Assembly: GCA_016705365.1 (NCBI GenBank)
Contig: JADIYI010000005.1
Location: 320,280 to 384,279, forward strand
DNA from: Gammaproteobacteria bacterium
GTDB taxonomy: Bacteria > Pseudomonadota > Gammaproteobacteria > Pseudomonadales > UBA5518
Direction: 5' to 3'
DNA length: 64,000 bases
In this document: in pieces, positions 9,609 through 19,303 of the stretch
Position numbering within the stretch: the first letter of the stretch is position 1
How the letters are laid out: each line of letters opens with the position of its first letter
Made by a program: the position numbers and the translations under genes
Notes under the pieces: model-generated
Seen by the model: only the letters and a program-made list of their open reading frames with translations
The model's database searches: none
Told to the model about the DNA's origin: nothing

Positions 9609-10849
9609 ACACGCCCGCGCGCTTCGCGCCGCGTCACATGAAGCTGGGAGTGCTCACGGCCGCGTTGCAGGAGCTTACGCCGCGCGCGCTGCGTGATGCC
9701 GACCCCGACCTCGCGATCGAGCACTGGCTGGATTTCGCGCGCGACATCGGCGCACCCTGGATCCAGCTATCGGCGGCCTTGCACCCGCATATGAGCGACG
9801 TGCCTGAAGCTGCACTGCTGGACCCTGTCGCGAACACGCTGGATCTGCGCCAGCCGTTCGACACGCACCGCGCCGCGCGCGTTCTCGCCGCAATGCACTC
9901 GAGTGGAGTGGGCCTGTCGGATCTGGGGTACTTCGACAACATGCTGGTTGCGGACGATAGCCTGCGGCGGCGCAAGCACGAATTCATGTTGCGCGTGTTC
10001 GATGCCGCGGTGCTGCTTGGCGTGGATGCGGTCTGCGGTTTCGTGGGGCGCAATGCGCAGCTGCAGATGGACGCAAACCTGCTGATGTTCGAGGAGGTCT
10101 TCGTGCCGCTGCTGCGCGAGGCAAAAGCGCGTGACCTGGTGTACCGCGTGGAGCAGTGCCCGATGCCCGGCTGGACCGTCGGCGACACCTGGTACAACAA
10201 CATTGCCTATGCGCCCGGTCCATGGATCGCGTTGTACCGGATTTGCGAGAAGCACGGTGTCGGCGAGCAATTCCGTATCCATTACGACCCCTCGCACGCG
10301 ATCCTGATCGGACAGGACACGCGCTCGGTATTTCGCTATCTCAAGGACAGCGGTTACGCATTCCTGATCGCCGGCTTCCATGTCAAGGGGCAGGTGATCG
10401 ATCCACGTGGGCTTGCGGCCTGGGGTTACGGCGGGCAGACCATGCAGCGTGGCGACTGGTGCGGCGCCGAGCCTGCGAAGGATCCTGCCGACTTGGCCCA
10501 GGCGTGGAAGAAACAGACGGTTTTCGCCGAGCACGAGTTGCCTGGAACGGCACGCCATGACCCGCTCGCCTACCTGCAGAACCGCTCGGTCGACTGGCTG
10601 GACCACCAACTCGCGGCACGCGAGTTGTTGCCGCTCGATCCTGCGAATACTTTCCTGATCGTGGAACATGAGTATCCGCCGGCACGGATACAGGATCGTG
10701 CGCTCCTCGCGCCGATCCTTGCGGGTTCGCTTGCCTTTGTGAAGGCGATCGACCAGGCCGCCGCCGCGATGTACGCGCTGCAGCACGAGGTGCTCCCGAG
10801 CCAGGATATCCCGGTGCAAGGTGTTGGGCGTGAAGCGTTCCGGTCCTGA
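9605..10849 (+). CDS. Xylose-isomerase-like TIM-barrel protein (sugar phosphate isomerase/epimerase family)
   Basis: 414 aa from ATG 9605 (ATGA overlap). Motifs '[12 protein letters not shown]', 'RVEQCPMPG' and '[10 protein letters not shown]'. I am moderately sure of the family call. Confidence 0.8.
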   Translation: MNTPARFAPRHMKLGVLTAALQELTPRALRDADPDLAIEHWLDFARDIGAPWIQLSAALHPHMSDVPEAALLDPVANTLDLRQPFDTHRAARVLAAMHSSGVGLSDLGYFDNMLVADDSLRRRKHEFMLRVFDAAVLLGVDAVCGFVGRNAQLQMDANLLMFEEVFVPLLREAKARDLVYRVEQCPMPGWTVGDTWYNNIAYAPGPWIALYRICEKHGVGEQFRIHYDPSHAILIGQDTRSVFRYLKDSGYAFLIAGFHVKGQVIDPRGLAAWGYGGQTMQRGDWCGAEPAKDPADLAQAWKKQTVFAEHELPGTARHDPLAYLQNRSVDWLDHQLAARELLPLDPANTFLIVEHEYPPARIQDRALLAPILAGSLAFVKAIDQAAAAMYALQHEVLPSQDIPVQGVGREAFRS

Positions 10850-10924
10850 CGCGGGTTGCGCGGTGCGGGGCGCGCGGGGTCGCGGCGATCTGCTTCGCGC
10901 AATGATTCCATCATCTTGTCCGGA

Positions 10925-10970
10925 AGTCACAATTAATTTATTATTAAACTAATAGTAAGATACAATGGAT
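10925..10970 (+). promoter_or_regulatory. AT-rich candidate promoter upstream of the TonB-dependent receptor
   Basis: The only strongly AT-rich patch in this block: 'aattaatttattattaaactaatagtaagatacaatgg'. TACAAT at 10961-10966 is a candidate -10 and TTATTA at 10938-10943 is a weak -35 with a 17-nt spacer. Not validated. Confidence 0.35.
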
Positions 10971-11092
10971 TGCACCTGGGTTTCACGAAGATAACTGTCG
11001 ATACGATAACCGACAATCCGATGTCCGCGATGCGGCGGCTGAGCCGGGATCTTTCAAACCACAATTTGTCCACGAGACGGGAGATTGAGCCA

Positions 11093-13564
11093 ATGAAAAG
11101 TTCTGCCATGATGCTGTATCGGCAAGCTCCACCCGGCGCAGCGGGTAAAACGACCCTGCGCCACAGCGCGTTGTTCCTCGGCATTGTCGCCGGGGTGGCA
11201 GCGATGGCGCCGGCAGCGGCGCAGTCACCCGGGAGTGTCCTGGAACTGGAAGAGATCGTCGTCACCGCGACCCGGCGCGAGGAGAGTGCGCAGGACGTGG
11301 CGGTCTCGATTGCCGCCCTGAGCGGCGAACAGTTGGAGAAGCTCAAGTTCTTCGAATTCGACGACATGGCCGAAGCGACCCCGGGACTCTCGATGACGAA
11401 CACCTCGCGCGAGCCCGGCGTGATCGCGGTGCGAGGCGTGGGTTATGCTCCCAATTCATCTGCGCCGCCGGCCGTCGATATCTACATCAACGAATTGCCG
11501 GTGAACTCGGTTTACGCGTTCAACAGCATCTTCGATATCGAGCGGATGGAATTGCTGCGCGGTCCGCAGGGCACTCTGCGTGGCCGGCCCTCGCCGGCTG
11601 GCGCGGTGACCCTGACTACCCGGCGCCCGGATGTTTTGGAATTGGGTGGCACGGTCTCCGGCTCGTTCTCGGACGCCGACGCACAGAACTACCAGGGCGC
11701 GCTGAACGTCCCGATCGTGAAGGATAAGTTGGCGCTGCGCGTGGCGGGGGTCAAGAACACCAACGAGGGCCCCGGGGGAAAGACCATTGGCGGCGATGAA
11801 CCATCGGTTGATGACGAGGGCGTGCGTGCCACGCTGCTTTTCCAGGCGACGGACGATCTGAGCTTTCTGCTCACCCACCACTACATGGAGCGCGAGCTCG
11901 AGCACTTCACTCTGGTCGAGGGGCCGGGTGCCGGGTACAACGGGCCGGCCATCAAGTCGCGGGATCGTCGCGGCGTGGTTGACGGTATCGGAGCGCAGGA
12001 GCTGGATATCGCCATCACCTCGCTGCAGGCAAACTGGGATATCGGAGAGAACCGACTCGTCTATATCGGTGGCTACCAGGATCTCGAGGACAAGGACGCA
12101 GATGATCTGGATGCCGCCAACGCGGTCGCGAACTACTACGCCCCGAAGCAGGTTGCGACGGATTTCAATGTCACCACGCACGAGTTGCGGCTGGAATCCA
12201 CGGGTGACCGGCGTGTCGATTACAACGTCGGGCTCTGGTACAGCGATACCGAGACCAAGACCTCGGTACAACAGGTCGCAGAACTCTCCGGTGCCTTCGG
12301 CTACCCGGGTGTACCGCAGGGGCCGGCAAACCCGGATTTTCTGCTCGGTGTCGATATCCTCATTCCCACCGATTCGGAGAACACGGCGGTATTCGGGCAT
12401 CTCGAGTTTCATGTGAGCGACAGCCTGGACATCGGCATGGGTGCCCGCTATCTCGAGGAAAAGTCCACGCGCGCGCAGACCCTCGCAACCGGCTCCGCGC
12501 TAAACGCGGTCGATATGAGGGCATACGGGCTCACGGAACCGCTGATCGGGATCGTGTGTAACGCAGGTCTTTTCCCGCCTCCCTTTGCAACAGGGCAGTC
12601 CTATCCGAACACCTGCAATGTGCAGGTGGATGCCTCCACGTTCTACCAGCCGGTCGATGATGAGTGGGACACCTGGGTCTATGATGTGTCCATCAAGTAT
12701 CACCTGGACGACGACACCCTGCTGTACCTCACGGCCGCGCACTCCTGGCGTCCGCCCGGCGTCACGGTCGGGATCACGGCGCCGATACCCGATAACATCC
12801 TGTTCGGCCCGCCCGAGGAATCCGATGCCTTCGAACTCGGCTTGAAGTCCGAGTGGCTGGATCGGCGCCTGCGCCTGAACGCTGCGCTTTTCTACCAGGA
12901 GTTCGACGGTTTCATCGGACGCTTCGAGGATGTTCCCTACCTCAACTCGGACACGGATCTGGTCTCCTCGGGTGGCTTCACCTACAGTGGCGATGCGATC
13001 ACCTATGGCGCCGAAGCCGACCTGTTATTCCTGGTCAGCGAGAACTGGACCGCGCAGCTGATGCTGAGCACCCAGAAGGGCGAGTTCGACGATGCCAGCG
13101 TGCCGTGCCGCGACACGAACTTCGACGGATCGGCCGACAACGGTCCCAATCCGCCGGCGGCGGACTGGGGCGCGCCGGGACCTGTCGCTTTCTGTACCAG
13201 CAGCGATCCTATCTCCAACCTGCCTGACTGGAGCACGACGCTGCAATCCGAGTACGTTATTCCGGCAGACTCGCTCGAGTACTACCTGCGCGGCCTGCTC
13301 AACTACCAGCCCGAGAACGACAACTTCACGACGGGTTTCGAGCGTGACTCGTTTGCGCTGCTCAATCTCTATGCCGGCGTGCGCAGTGCCGACGGGCGCT
13401 GGGACCTGACGCTATGGGCCAAGAACGCGCTCGACGAGGATACGCTGCTGCAACTCGATTCCGAGTGGGTGCTGGCGGGATTTTCTTCGGGATACCGCGG
13501 TGTGAGTGTGCAGCCCGAGCGCGAGATCGGCCTGAGCCTGCGCTACGCCTTCGGGTCGGGCTGA
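11093..13564 (+). CDS. TonB-dependent outer-membrane receptor
   Basis: 823 aa from ATG 11093. Signal peptide ending 'MAPAAAQSP'. TonB-box/plug 'LEEIVVTATRREESAQDVAVSIAALSG' and 'ERMELLRGPQGTLRG'. C-terminal beta-barrel end 'GLSLRYAF'. Confidence 0.9.
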   Translation: MKSSAMMLYRQAPPGAAGKTTLRHSALFLGIVAGVAAMAPAAAQSPGSVLELEEIVVTATRREESAQDVAVSIAALSGEQLEKLKFFEFDDMAEATPGLSMTNTSREPGVIAVRGVGYAPNSSAPPAVDIYINELPVNSVYAFNSIFDIERMELLRGPQGTLRGRPSPAGAVTLTTRRPDVLELGGTVSGSFSDADAQNYQGALNVPIVKDKLALRVAGVKNTNEGPGGKTIGGDEPSVDDEGVRATLLFQATDDLSFLLTHHYMERELEHFTLVEGPGAGYNGPAIKSRDRRGVVDGIGAQELDIAITSLQANWDIGENRLVYIGGYQDLEDKDADDLDAANAVANYYAPKQVATDFNVTTHELRLESTGDRRVDYNVGLWYSDTETKTSVQQVAELSGAFGYPGVPQGPANPDFLLGVDILIPTDSENTAVFGHLEFHVSDSLDIGMGARYLEEKSTRAQTLATGSALNAVDMRAYGLTEPLIGIVCNAGLFPPPFATGQSYPNTCNVQVDASTFYQPVDDEWDTWVYDVSIKYHLDDDTLLYLTAAHSWRPPGVTVGITAPIPDNILFGPPEESDAFELGLKSEWLDRRLRLNAALFYQEFDGFIGRFEDVPYLNSDTDLVSSGGFTYSGDAITYGAEADLLFLVSENWTAQLMLSTQKGEFDDASVPCRDTNFDGSADNGPNPPAADWGAPGPVAFCTSSDPISNLPDWSTTLQSEYVIPADSLEYYLRGLLNYQPENDNFTTGFERDSFALLNLYAGVRSADGRWDLTLWAKNALDEDTLLQLDSEWVLAGFSSGYRGVSVQPEREIGLSLRYAFGSG

Positions 13565-13712
13565 GAGCATCGAAGTAAAAGGATGACGCTGCAGATCGAT
13601 AGGATTCGGGAATCTAACCGGCCGCCTGCGACGACCCTTGGATGACTCGACGCAGCACCGGCTCAAGGTCGGCGCAGCGCACACGACGGATGGACTTGCG
13701 GGAGCAAAGCGC

Positions 13713-16700
13713 ATGTTGCGTCGCATAGTGATCATTTTCGCAGCGCTTGGCGCGCTAGTCGTGGTGCTGGCGGTTGCCGGTGGCGGATGGTATCTCCACA
13801 AGACGGACCAGCTGCTCGTACCGCCGCCGGATCCTGCGGGACAGGCGAGTATCGCTTCCCGCGCACTTCCCGAACCGACGCTTGCGGCGCCTGCACCCGA
13901 CCTGGCTGGAGCTTTCAGCTGGGATACGATTCTCGCGCCGCCGAAGTCGGCACGCGCGTGGACGCGCTGGTGGTGGCCGGGCGGCGATGTGGACGTCGCC
14001 GGACTGACGCGTCAGCTCGAGGAGCTCGACATGGCCGGTTTCGGTGGGGGCGAAATACAGCCCTTTATCAGCGGCATGATCGCGATAAAGGACCAGCCCA
14101 CCTGGGACCGGGTCTACGGATTCGACAAGCCCGATTACTACCGGACGCTGGACGCCTTGCTGTCGGAGGCCGAGGCGCGCGGCCTGCAGTTCGACCTCAC
14201 GCATTTCAGCGGCTGGCCACCGGGGGGTCCCGAGATCAATCTCGATGACAGCCTGACCGTGATCGTATATGGAGAGGAACGCATCTCGGGTGGCAAGAAT
14301 ATCGTGCTCGAGTTGCCGAAGCCGCAAGCGGGCGCGAGCGAGTACATGTTCACGGCGGTCGAATTCGCGGGTGCGGACTTCATCAATTTTCCCTCCGATC
14401 ATGCCCGGCTGCTGAGCGTTGTGGCGGCGCATCCGCAGGGGGAACATGCCTGGAGTCCGTACAATCTCGATGACACGGTGCGTCTCGACCCGGATTCCCT
14501 GCAGGTACTGACGGACAAGGTCCAGGACGGAACGCTGCGCTGGGACGCGCCGCCCGGCGAGTGGCAGATCATCGCGAGCTACCTGATGCCCTCCGGCGAA
14601 GTGCCGATGGGTGCGGCGCAAAAACCGCAGGGTTTCGTGGTCGACCATCTGCGCAAGCCGCAGGTGTTGGGGCACTATGAATACGCATACGGAAAACGCA
14701 CTGGCTTGGCGGCACATTACGGTAAGGGCTTGCGTGGTTTCTTCAATGACAGCCTGGAGTTCCGCCTGACGCGCATGAGCGTCGAGGACATCCTGTCCGA
14801 GTTCCGCGCGCGTCGCGGCTATGCGCTCGAACCCTGGCTCCCGGCCATATATGTCGAGGGCAAGGACAGCGTGTATTTCACCGAGATTCTCGACGTACGC
14901 GCGGCGCCCGAATTCTCGCTGACGGCGCTTGACGATCGTATCCGTCACGATTACCAGAAAACGTTGTCGGATCTGGTGATCGAGCGTTTTGTCGATGGTT
15001 CAGCTGCATGGGCGCACAATCGTGGTCTTGTTTCGCGCGCGCAAAGCTATGGCATGGATATCGACATCCTGCGCGCCCTCGGTGCCAACACGATTCCCGA
15101 AACCGAGCAGCTCTGGGCGGGTGGATCGGACCTGGGTCTGAAGATGGCGAGCTCCGCGGCGGTGCTCTATGGCCGGCCGCTGGTGAGCGCCGAGTCCTTC
15201 GTCTGGATCCAGCGCGACTGGACCACCACCGCGCGCAAGCTCAAGGCCGCCACTGACAAGCTGTTGCTGGCCGGCGTGAACCACATCATCTACCATGGAA
15301 CGCCATACTCCTGGAGCGGAGGGCCCGACAAGCCCTTCGGCGAGGAGGGCTGGTCGCCGTTCAGCGGCCCGCAGAACCCCGCTCATTTCTCCTCGATCGT
15401 CGGGCCGGGAAATACCGCGCTCTGGCCCGATGTGCCCGAAATCAATCGCTATATCGCGCGCAGCCAGAACCTGCTGCGTCAGGGCAAACCCGCGATCGAC
15501 GTGCTTATCTACTATCCGTTTCTCGGTTTTCACGGCGCGAACCCGGAGGGTGGCGCAACCGAGCCGCTGCTCAATGGTTCGTTGCCCGACGCGGATCCTC
15601 CGGGCGCGGCCATTGAAAGCCCGTTGCTGACCAGCGGCAAGAAGCTGCTCGATGCGATATTCACCGTTCCTGCCGAACACCAGGACGCGCGCGATGCATG
15701 GGTGCGCCAGCTGCAGCCGATCGTGCGCGAGCTCGACGCTCGCGGCATCAGCTGGGGCTGGGTCAACGACCATGCGCTGCAGCATGGGGATGTCGGTGTG
15801 CGCAAGCTGCCGGCGTCAGGCGGCAGCTACGGGGCAATATTGCTCGCCGATGCGCCGATGATCGAACAGCAAACGCTGGATGCGCTCGCGGGGCTTTCCG
15901 CCGCGGGGGTGCCGATCGTGTTCAGCGGTGAACTGCCTGCGCGCCAGCCCGGCTTTCTCGACGCGGAGAAGGGCGACGGTGAAGTGCGGCAAGGCGTTTC
16001 TCGCTTGATCGCGGCCGGTGCACAGCACCTGTCTGCGCAAGCCGGGGCGCTTGCAGAGGCGCTGCAATCCCGGCTGGTGTCGCCGCTGCGTCATCTGACA
16101 AAGGGCTCGATCCGCAGCTATCGCCGGCAGCTCGATCAGGACCAGGACATCATCCTGTTTGCCAATCAGGATGCCGGCAGCACCCGCCTGAAGATCGACC
16201 TTGTTGCGGGGCCGCCCTTGTGGTGGTTCGATGCGATGAGTGGTGCGGCGTGGCCGGCCGAAACCGCGGATGGCGAGCTGTCGCTGTCCTTGCGCGGCTT
16301 CGAGAGCCGTTTCCTGGTTCGCGGCGTTGCGATGCCGGAATCGATGGCCGCGCGCGAATCCGATGGCGCGGCTAGCGAGCATGCCACGCGCCGCTGGGCG
16401 CTCACCGATTGGTCGCTTGCGATCGACGGGCAACCGGGTGTGCGCAAGACGCTCGCCGACTGGCGCGATGATCCGCAATTGCGCCACGCCGTCGGTCCGG
16501 GTGTCTACACGCACGCTTTCACGCTCGATGCACCTGTGGCCGGCGCGCGTTACCTGCTCGATCTTGGGCTGGTGCAGGGCTCGGCGCTGGTGCGGGTCAA
16601 CGGCGCGGACATCGGACGCGCGAGCATGCCGCCGTTCCTGCTCGATATCGGCGCGGCCCTGCTGCCGGGAGAGAACACCATACAGATCGAGGTGCTTGCA

Positions 16701-16832
16701 CCGTTGCGTAACCACTTTGCGGGACGTGGGCTGAACGGTGATCCGCGCTATGCCCACATGAAGGTATATGCGAACCAGTTGGTCGCCGCAGGGCTGGTGG
16801 GTCCGGTCAGCGTCGCGGAGCTTGGGCAGTAG
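13713..16832 (+). CDS. Large anchored/secreted glycoside hydrolase, GH106-like (alpha-L-rhamnosidase family) with C-terminal GH2-type jelly roll
   Basis: 1039 aa from ATG 13713 (alternative start 13638). N-terminal anchor 'IVIIFAALGALVVVLAVAGGGWY'. Block 'WTRWWWPGGDV...GFGGGEIQPF'. C-terminal sugar-binding jelly roll 'LLDLGLVQGSALVRVNGADIG...LLPGENTIQIEV'. The GH family is assigned from memory. Confidence 0.75.
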   Translation: MLRRIVIIFAALGALVVVLAVAGGGWYLHKTDQLLVPPPDPAGQASIASRALPEPTLAAPAPDLAGAFSWDTILAPPKSARAWTRWWWPGGDVDVAGLTRQLEELDMAGFGGGEIQPFISGMIAIKDQPTWDRVYGFDKPDYYRTLDALLSEAEARGLQFDLTHFSGWPPGGPEINLDDSLTVIVYGEERISGGKNIVLELPKPQAGASEYMFTAVEFAGADFINFPSDHARLLSVVAAHPQGEHAWSPYNLDDTVRLDPDSLQVLTDKVQDGTLRWDAPPGEWQIIASYLMPSGEVPMGAAQKPQGFVVDHLRKPQVLGHYEYAYGKRTGLAAHYGKGLRGFFNDSLEFRLTRMSVEDILSEFRARRGYALEPWLPAIYVEGKDSVYFTEILDVRAAPEFSLTALDDRIRHDYQKTLSDLVIERFVDGSAAWAHNRGLVSRAQSYGMDIDILRALGANTIPETEQLWAGGSDLGLKMASSAAVLYGRPLVSAESFVWIQRDWTTTARKLKAATDKLLLAGVNHIIYHGTPYSWSGGPDKPFGEEGWSPFSGPQNPAHFSSIVGPGNTALWPDVPEINRYIARSQNLLRQGKPAIDVLIYYPFLGFHGANPEGGATEPLLNGSLPDADPPGAAIESPLLTSGKKLLDAIFTVPAEHQDARDAWVRQLQPIVRELDARGISWGWVNDHALQHGDVGVRKLPASGGSYGAILLADAPMIEQQTLDALAGLSAAGVPIVFSGELPARQPGFLDAEKGDGEVRQGVSRLIAAGAQHLSAQAGALAEALQSRLVSPLRHLTKGSIRSYRRQLDQDQDIILFANQDAGSTRLKIDLVAGPPLWWFDAMSGAAWPAETADGELSLSLRGFESRFLVRGVAMPESMAARESDGAASEHATRRWALTDWSLAIDGQPGVRKTLADWRDDPQLRHAVGPGVYTHAFTLDAPVAGARYLLDLGLVQGSALVRVNGADIGRASMPPFLLDIGAALLPGENTIQIEVLAPLRNHFAGRGLNGDPRYAHMKVYANQLVAAGLVGPVSVAELGQ

Positions 16833-16924
16833 GTACATCGCCTGCGCTTGAGATGTGCGTGCTCTCGGAATGCGCATGGGAGCAGGCGCCGCCCGCGACA
16901 AAAACCGACAGTGAGGAGCAGGAC

Positions 16925-17893
16925 ATGATCTTGGCGCGGGATCGTATCGAAATCTCGGCCAATGCGCTGCCGCGCCTGCAGGCGCTTTACAGGGAGCGCT
17001 ACATGCCGGCAGTGCAGCCGCGTGGACTCGCGCTGCTCGACGAGCGGGTCGCACCACTGCTCGTGCTTGCCGATCGGCTCAACATCTTGTGGCTGCGCAC
17101 CGCGGTGCTGCTCGCTTCGTGCTACGACCCGGTGCGTCTTGCGGAGGATCTCGCAGTGGCCCAGATCGTCAGCGATGGACGCATGGAACTCGGACTCGGT
17201 TTTGGTTACCGCAATAGGGAATTCGCGATGTACGGTCGCCGCGTGGAGGATCGCTTCGATTTCACCTGCACTACAGCGAAGCTGCTCAAACGCGCGTGGA
17301 CCGGTGAGCCGTTTGACTACGAGGGGCGCCCGTGCCGGGTTTCCCCGGTGCCCGGCAAGCCAGTCCCGATCCTGCTTGGAGGCATGGCGCCGCGGGTTGC
17401 GCGCGCAGCAGCGCAGCTTGCCGATGGTTTCCTGGTGCCGTTGTTCACGGCGGATGTCTGGCAGCCGTATCGCGACGAGTGCCTGAAACTCGGAAAGCTG
17501 GACCCCTGTGCCTACCCGACGCAGGGGCCGACGTTTCTGTGGATCTCGGAAGAACCCGAGCGGGACTGGGAATGGATCGCGCCCCACGTGCTGCATGTGC
17601 TCGACTCCTATTCGCGCTGGACCAGCGAGGCCTATGGCAAACCCACGGGGCCTTACGCGGGCGGCATGACCGCTGAGACGGTGCGCCAGAGCGCGGCCTA
17701 CCATGTGCTGAGACCCGCGCAAACGGTCGAGCTGGCGCAGGGTCTCGGAGATCACAGTTCGCTCTATCTCACGCCATTGCTGGGCGGCATCGATCCGGCA
17801 CGGGCCTGGAAGATGCTGCGCCTGTTCGAGCGCGAAGTGTATCCGCATCTGCCGCGCGGCAACACACCGCGCTGGGGCATGGCCGAGGGCTGA
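16925..17893 (+). CDS. Luciferase-like (LLM-class) flavin/F420-dependent oxidoreductase, atypical short N-terminus
   Basis: 322 aa from ATG 16925 with RBS GAGGAG 6 nt upstream. LLM core 'LRTAVLLASCYDPVRLAEDLAVAQIVSDGRMELGLGFGY'. Only about 50 residues precede this block, fewer than I expect for the family. Confidence 0.7.
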   Translation: MILARDRIEISANALPRLQALYRERYMPAVQPRGLALLDERVAPLLVLADRLNILWLRTAVLLASCYDPVRLAEDLAVAQIVSDGRMELGLGFGYRNREFAMYGRRVEDRFDFTCTTAKLLKRAWTGEPFDYEGRPCRVSPVPGKPVPILLGGMAPRVARAAAQLADGFLVPLFTADVWQPYRDECLKLGKLDPCAYPTQGPTFLWISEEPERDWEWIAPHVLHVLDSYSRWTSEAYGKPTGPYAGGMTAETVRQSAAYHVLRPAQTVELAQGLGDHSSLYLTPLLGGIDPARAWKMLRLFEREVYPHLPRGNTPRWGMAEG

Positions 17894-17956
17894 TGGCGGC
17901 GCGGCGCAAATCGAACGTGCCCCGGAAAAAATTCAGACTGGGGAGGAGCTACTCAT

Positions 17957-18457
17957 ATGGCCATCAAGACATCGGGCATCGATCACATCCACCTCAATGT
18001 CCGTGACCTCAAACGCCTGCTCGGCATCATGAACCGGTTGTTCTGCACCGAGACGACACCAGTCGGTCGTCTCGAGCCGCTTGGCATGTACAACGCGACT
18101 ATGAAGCTCACGGGAGCCGACACCAGGCAACCGTTTCTTGACCTGTTCCAGCCGGCGAGAGAGGACAGCGATGTCGCAAGGATCATCCGCGACCGGGGTC
18201 CCTCGGTTTCCTGCATTTCGTTTCGCGTCGAGGACATCGATTCCGCCGCGGAACACGCCGCGAGTTGCGGCTTGTGCGAAGTCTCGCGTTTCGGTTTTCG
18301 CGGCATGAAACAGGTACAGTACGACACGATCGAGGAACTCGGATTCGATCTCGAGTTCGTTGAGTATGCCGCGGATTTCGAGGAGCAGCTCGATGCGATC
18401 AAGCTGCGGTTACGGGCCGGCGAAAGCGTCGATGGATTGAAATATGTGGACCTGTAG
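17957..18457 (+). CDS. VOC/glyoxalase-family protein
   Basis: 166 aa with RBS GGGAGGAG upstream. 'GIDHIHLNVRDL' and 'CISFRVEDIDSAAEHA' are typical of vicinal-oxygen-chelate folds. Confidence 0.8.
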   Translation: MAIKTSGIDHIHLNVRDLKRLLGIMNRLFCTETTPVGRLEPLGMYNATMKLTGADTRQPFLDLFQPAREDSDVARIIRDRGPSVSCISFRVEDIDSAAEHAASCGLCEVSRFGFRGMKQVQYDTIEELGFDLEFVEYAADFEEQLDAIKLRLRAGESVDGLKYVDL

Positions 18458-18490
18458 AAAGAAGCCCGCCCCACGCACCAGGAGCACGAC

Positions 18491-19261
18491 ATGAGCAGCA
18501 GACTGAAAGGCAAAGCGATCATCGTGATTGGATCCGGCAGCGGTATCGGTGCCGCGACGGCACGCCGCCTCGCGGAGGAGGACGCGCGGGTCTGCGTGGC
18601 CGATATCAATATCGAAGGCGCCGAGACTGTCGCGGCCGGGGTCGTTGCTGACGGCGGCGACGCCTTTTCCCTGTACATCGATCTGGCGGACGAGGGTTCG
18701 GTACAGGCAGCGGTTGGCGCGGCGATCGAGCGTCTCGGCGGTCTCGACGGCGTGCATATCAATGCCGCGGATCTGCACGTGATCATGAGCGACAGCGATG
18801 CGCTGAGCGTGGACCTCGAGGTCTTTGATCGCACGCTGGCCATCAATCTGCGCGGCCATCTGCTGTGCACGCGCGCGGTGCTGCCGCACCTGCTGGCGCG
18901 CGGTGGCGGGGCGATCGTCTACACCTCCTCCGGCGCCGCGGACTCTGCCGAACCGGTGCGTCCGTCCTACGCGGCCTCGAAGAGCGGTCTGAATGCGCTG
19001 ATGCGCCACGTGGCCTCGCGTTGGGGTGCCGAAGGCGTCACTGCGAACTGTGTTGCGCCTGGTTTTACCGTGACGCCGGAGATGGCGGCAAGCGGAAATC
19101 TCACACCGGAACTGCTGGACGGCTTCAAGGCACAACTACCCAATAGCCGTCTCGGCCGTCCCGAGGACATCGCTGGCGTTGTTGCGATGCTGCTCTCCGA
19201 GGATGGGCGCTGGATCAACGGTCAGGTCTTTAACGTAAACGGTGGTGCGCTGATGCGCTGA
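18491..19261 (+). CDS. SDR-family oxidoreductase
   Basis: 256 aa. 'AIIVIGSGSGIGAATA' (TGxxxGxG-like), 'YAASKSG' (YxxxK) and 'NGQVFNVNGG'. Confidence 0.9.
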   Translation: MSSRLKGKAIIVIGSGSGIGAATARRLAEEDARVCVADINIEGAETVAAGVVADGGDAFSLYIDLADEGSVQAAVGAAIERLGGLDGVHINAADLHVIMSDSDALSVDLEVFDRTLAINLRGHLLCTRAVLPHLLARGGGAIVYTSSGAADSAEPVRPSYAASKSGLNALMRHVASRWGAEGVTANCVAPGFTVTPEMAASGNLTPELLDGFKAQLPNSRLGRPEDIAGVVAMLLSEDGRWINGQVFNVNGGALMR

Positions 19262-19303
19262 TCTCTGCATCCGTGATTATGTGCTTCGAGGCAATGAAAA
19301 CCG

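Noticed and set aside
10850-11092. Possible riboswitch (for example cobalamin) in the 240-bp leader of the TonB-dependent receptor.
   Set aside because: I could not find a B12-box or any other conserved riboswitch core I know. The region is better explained as an AT-rich promoter plus leader.
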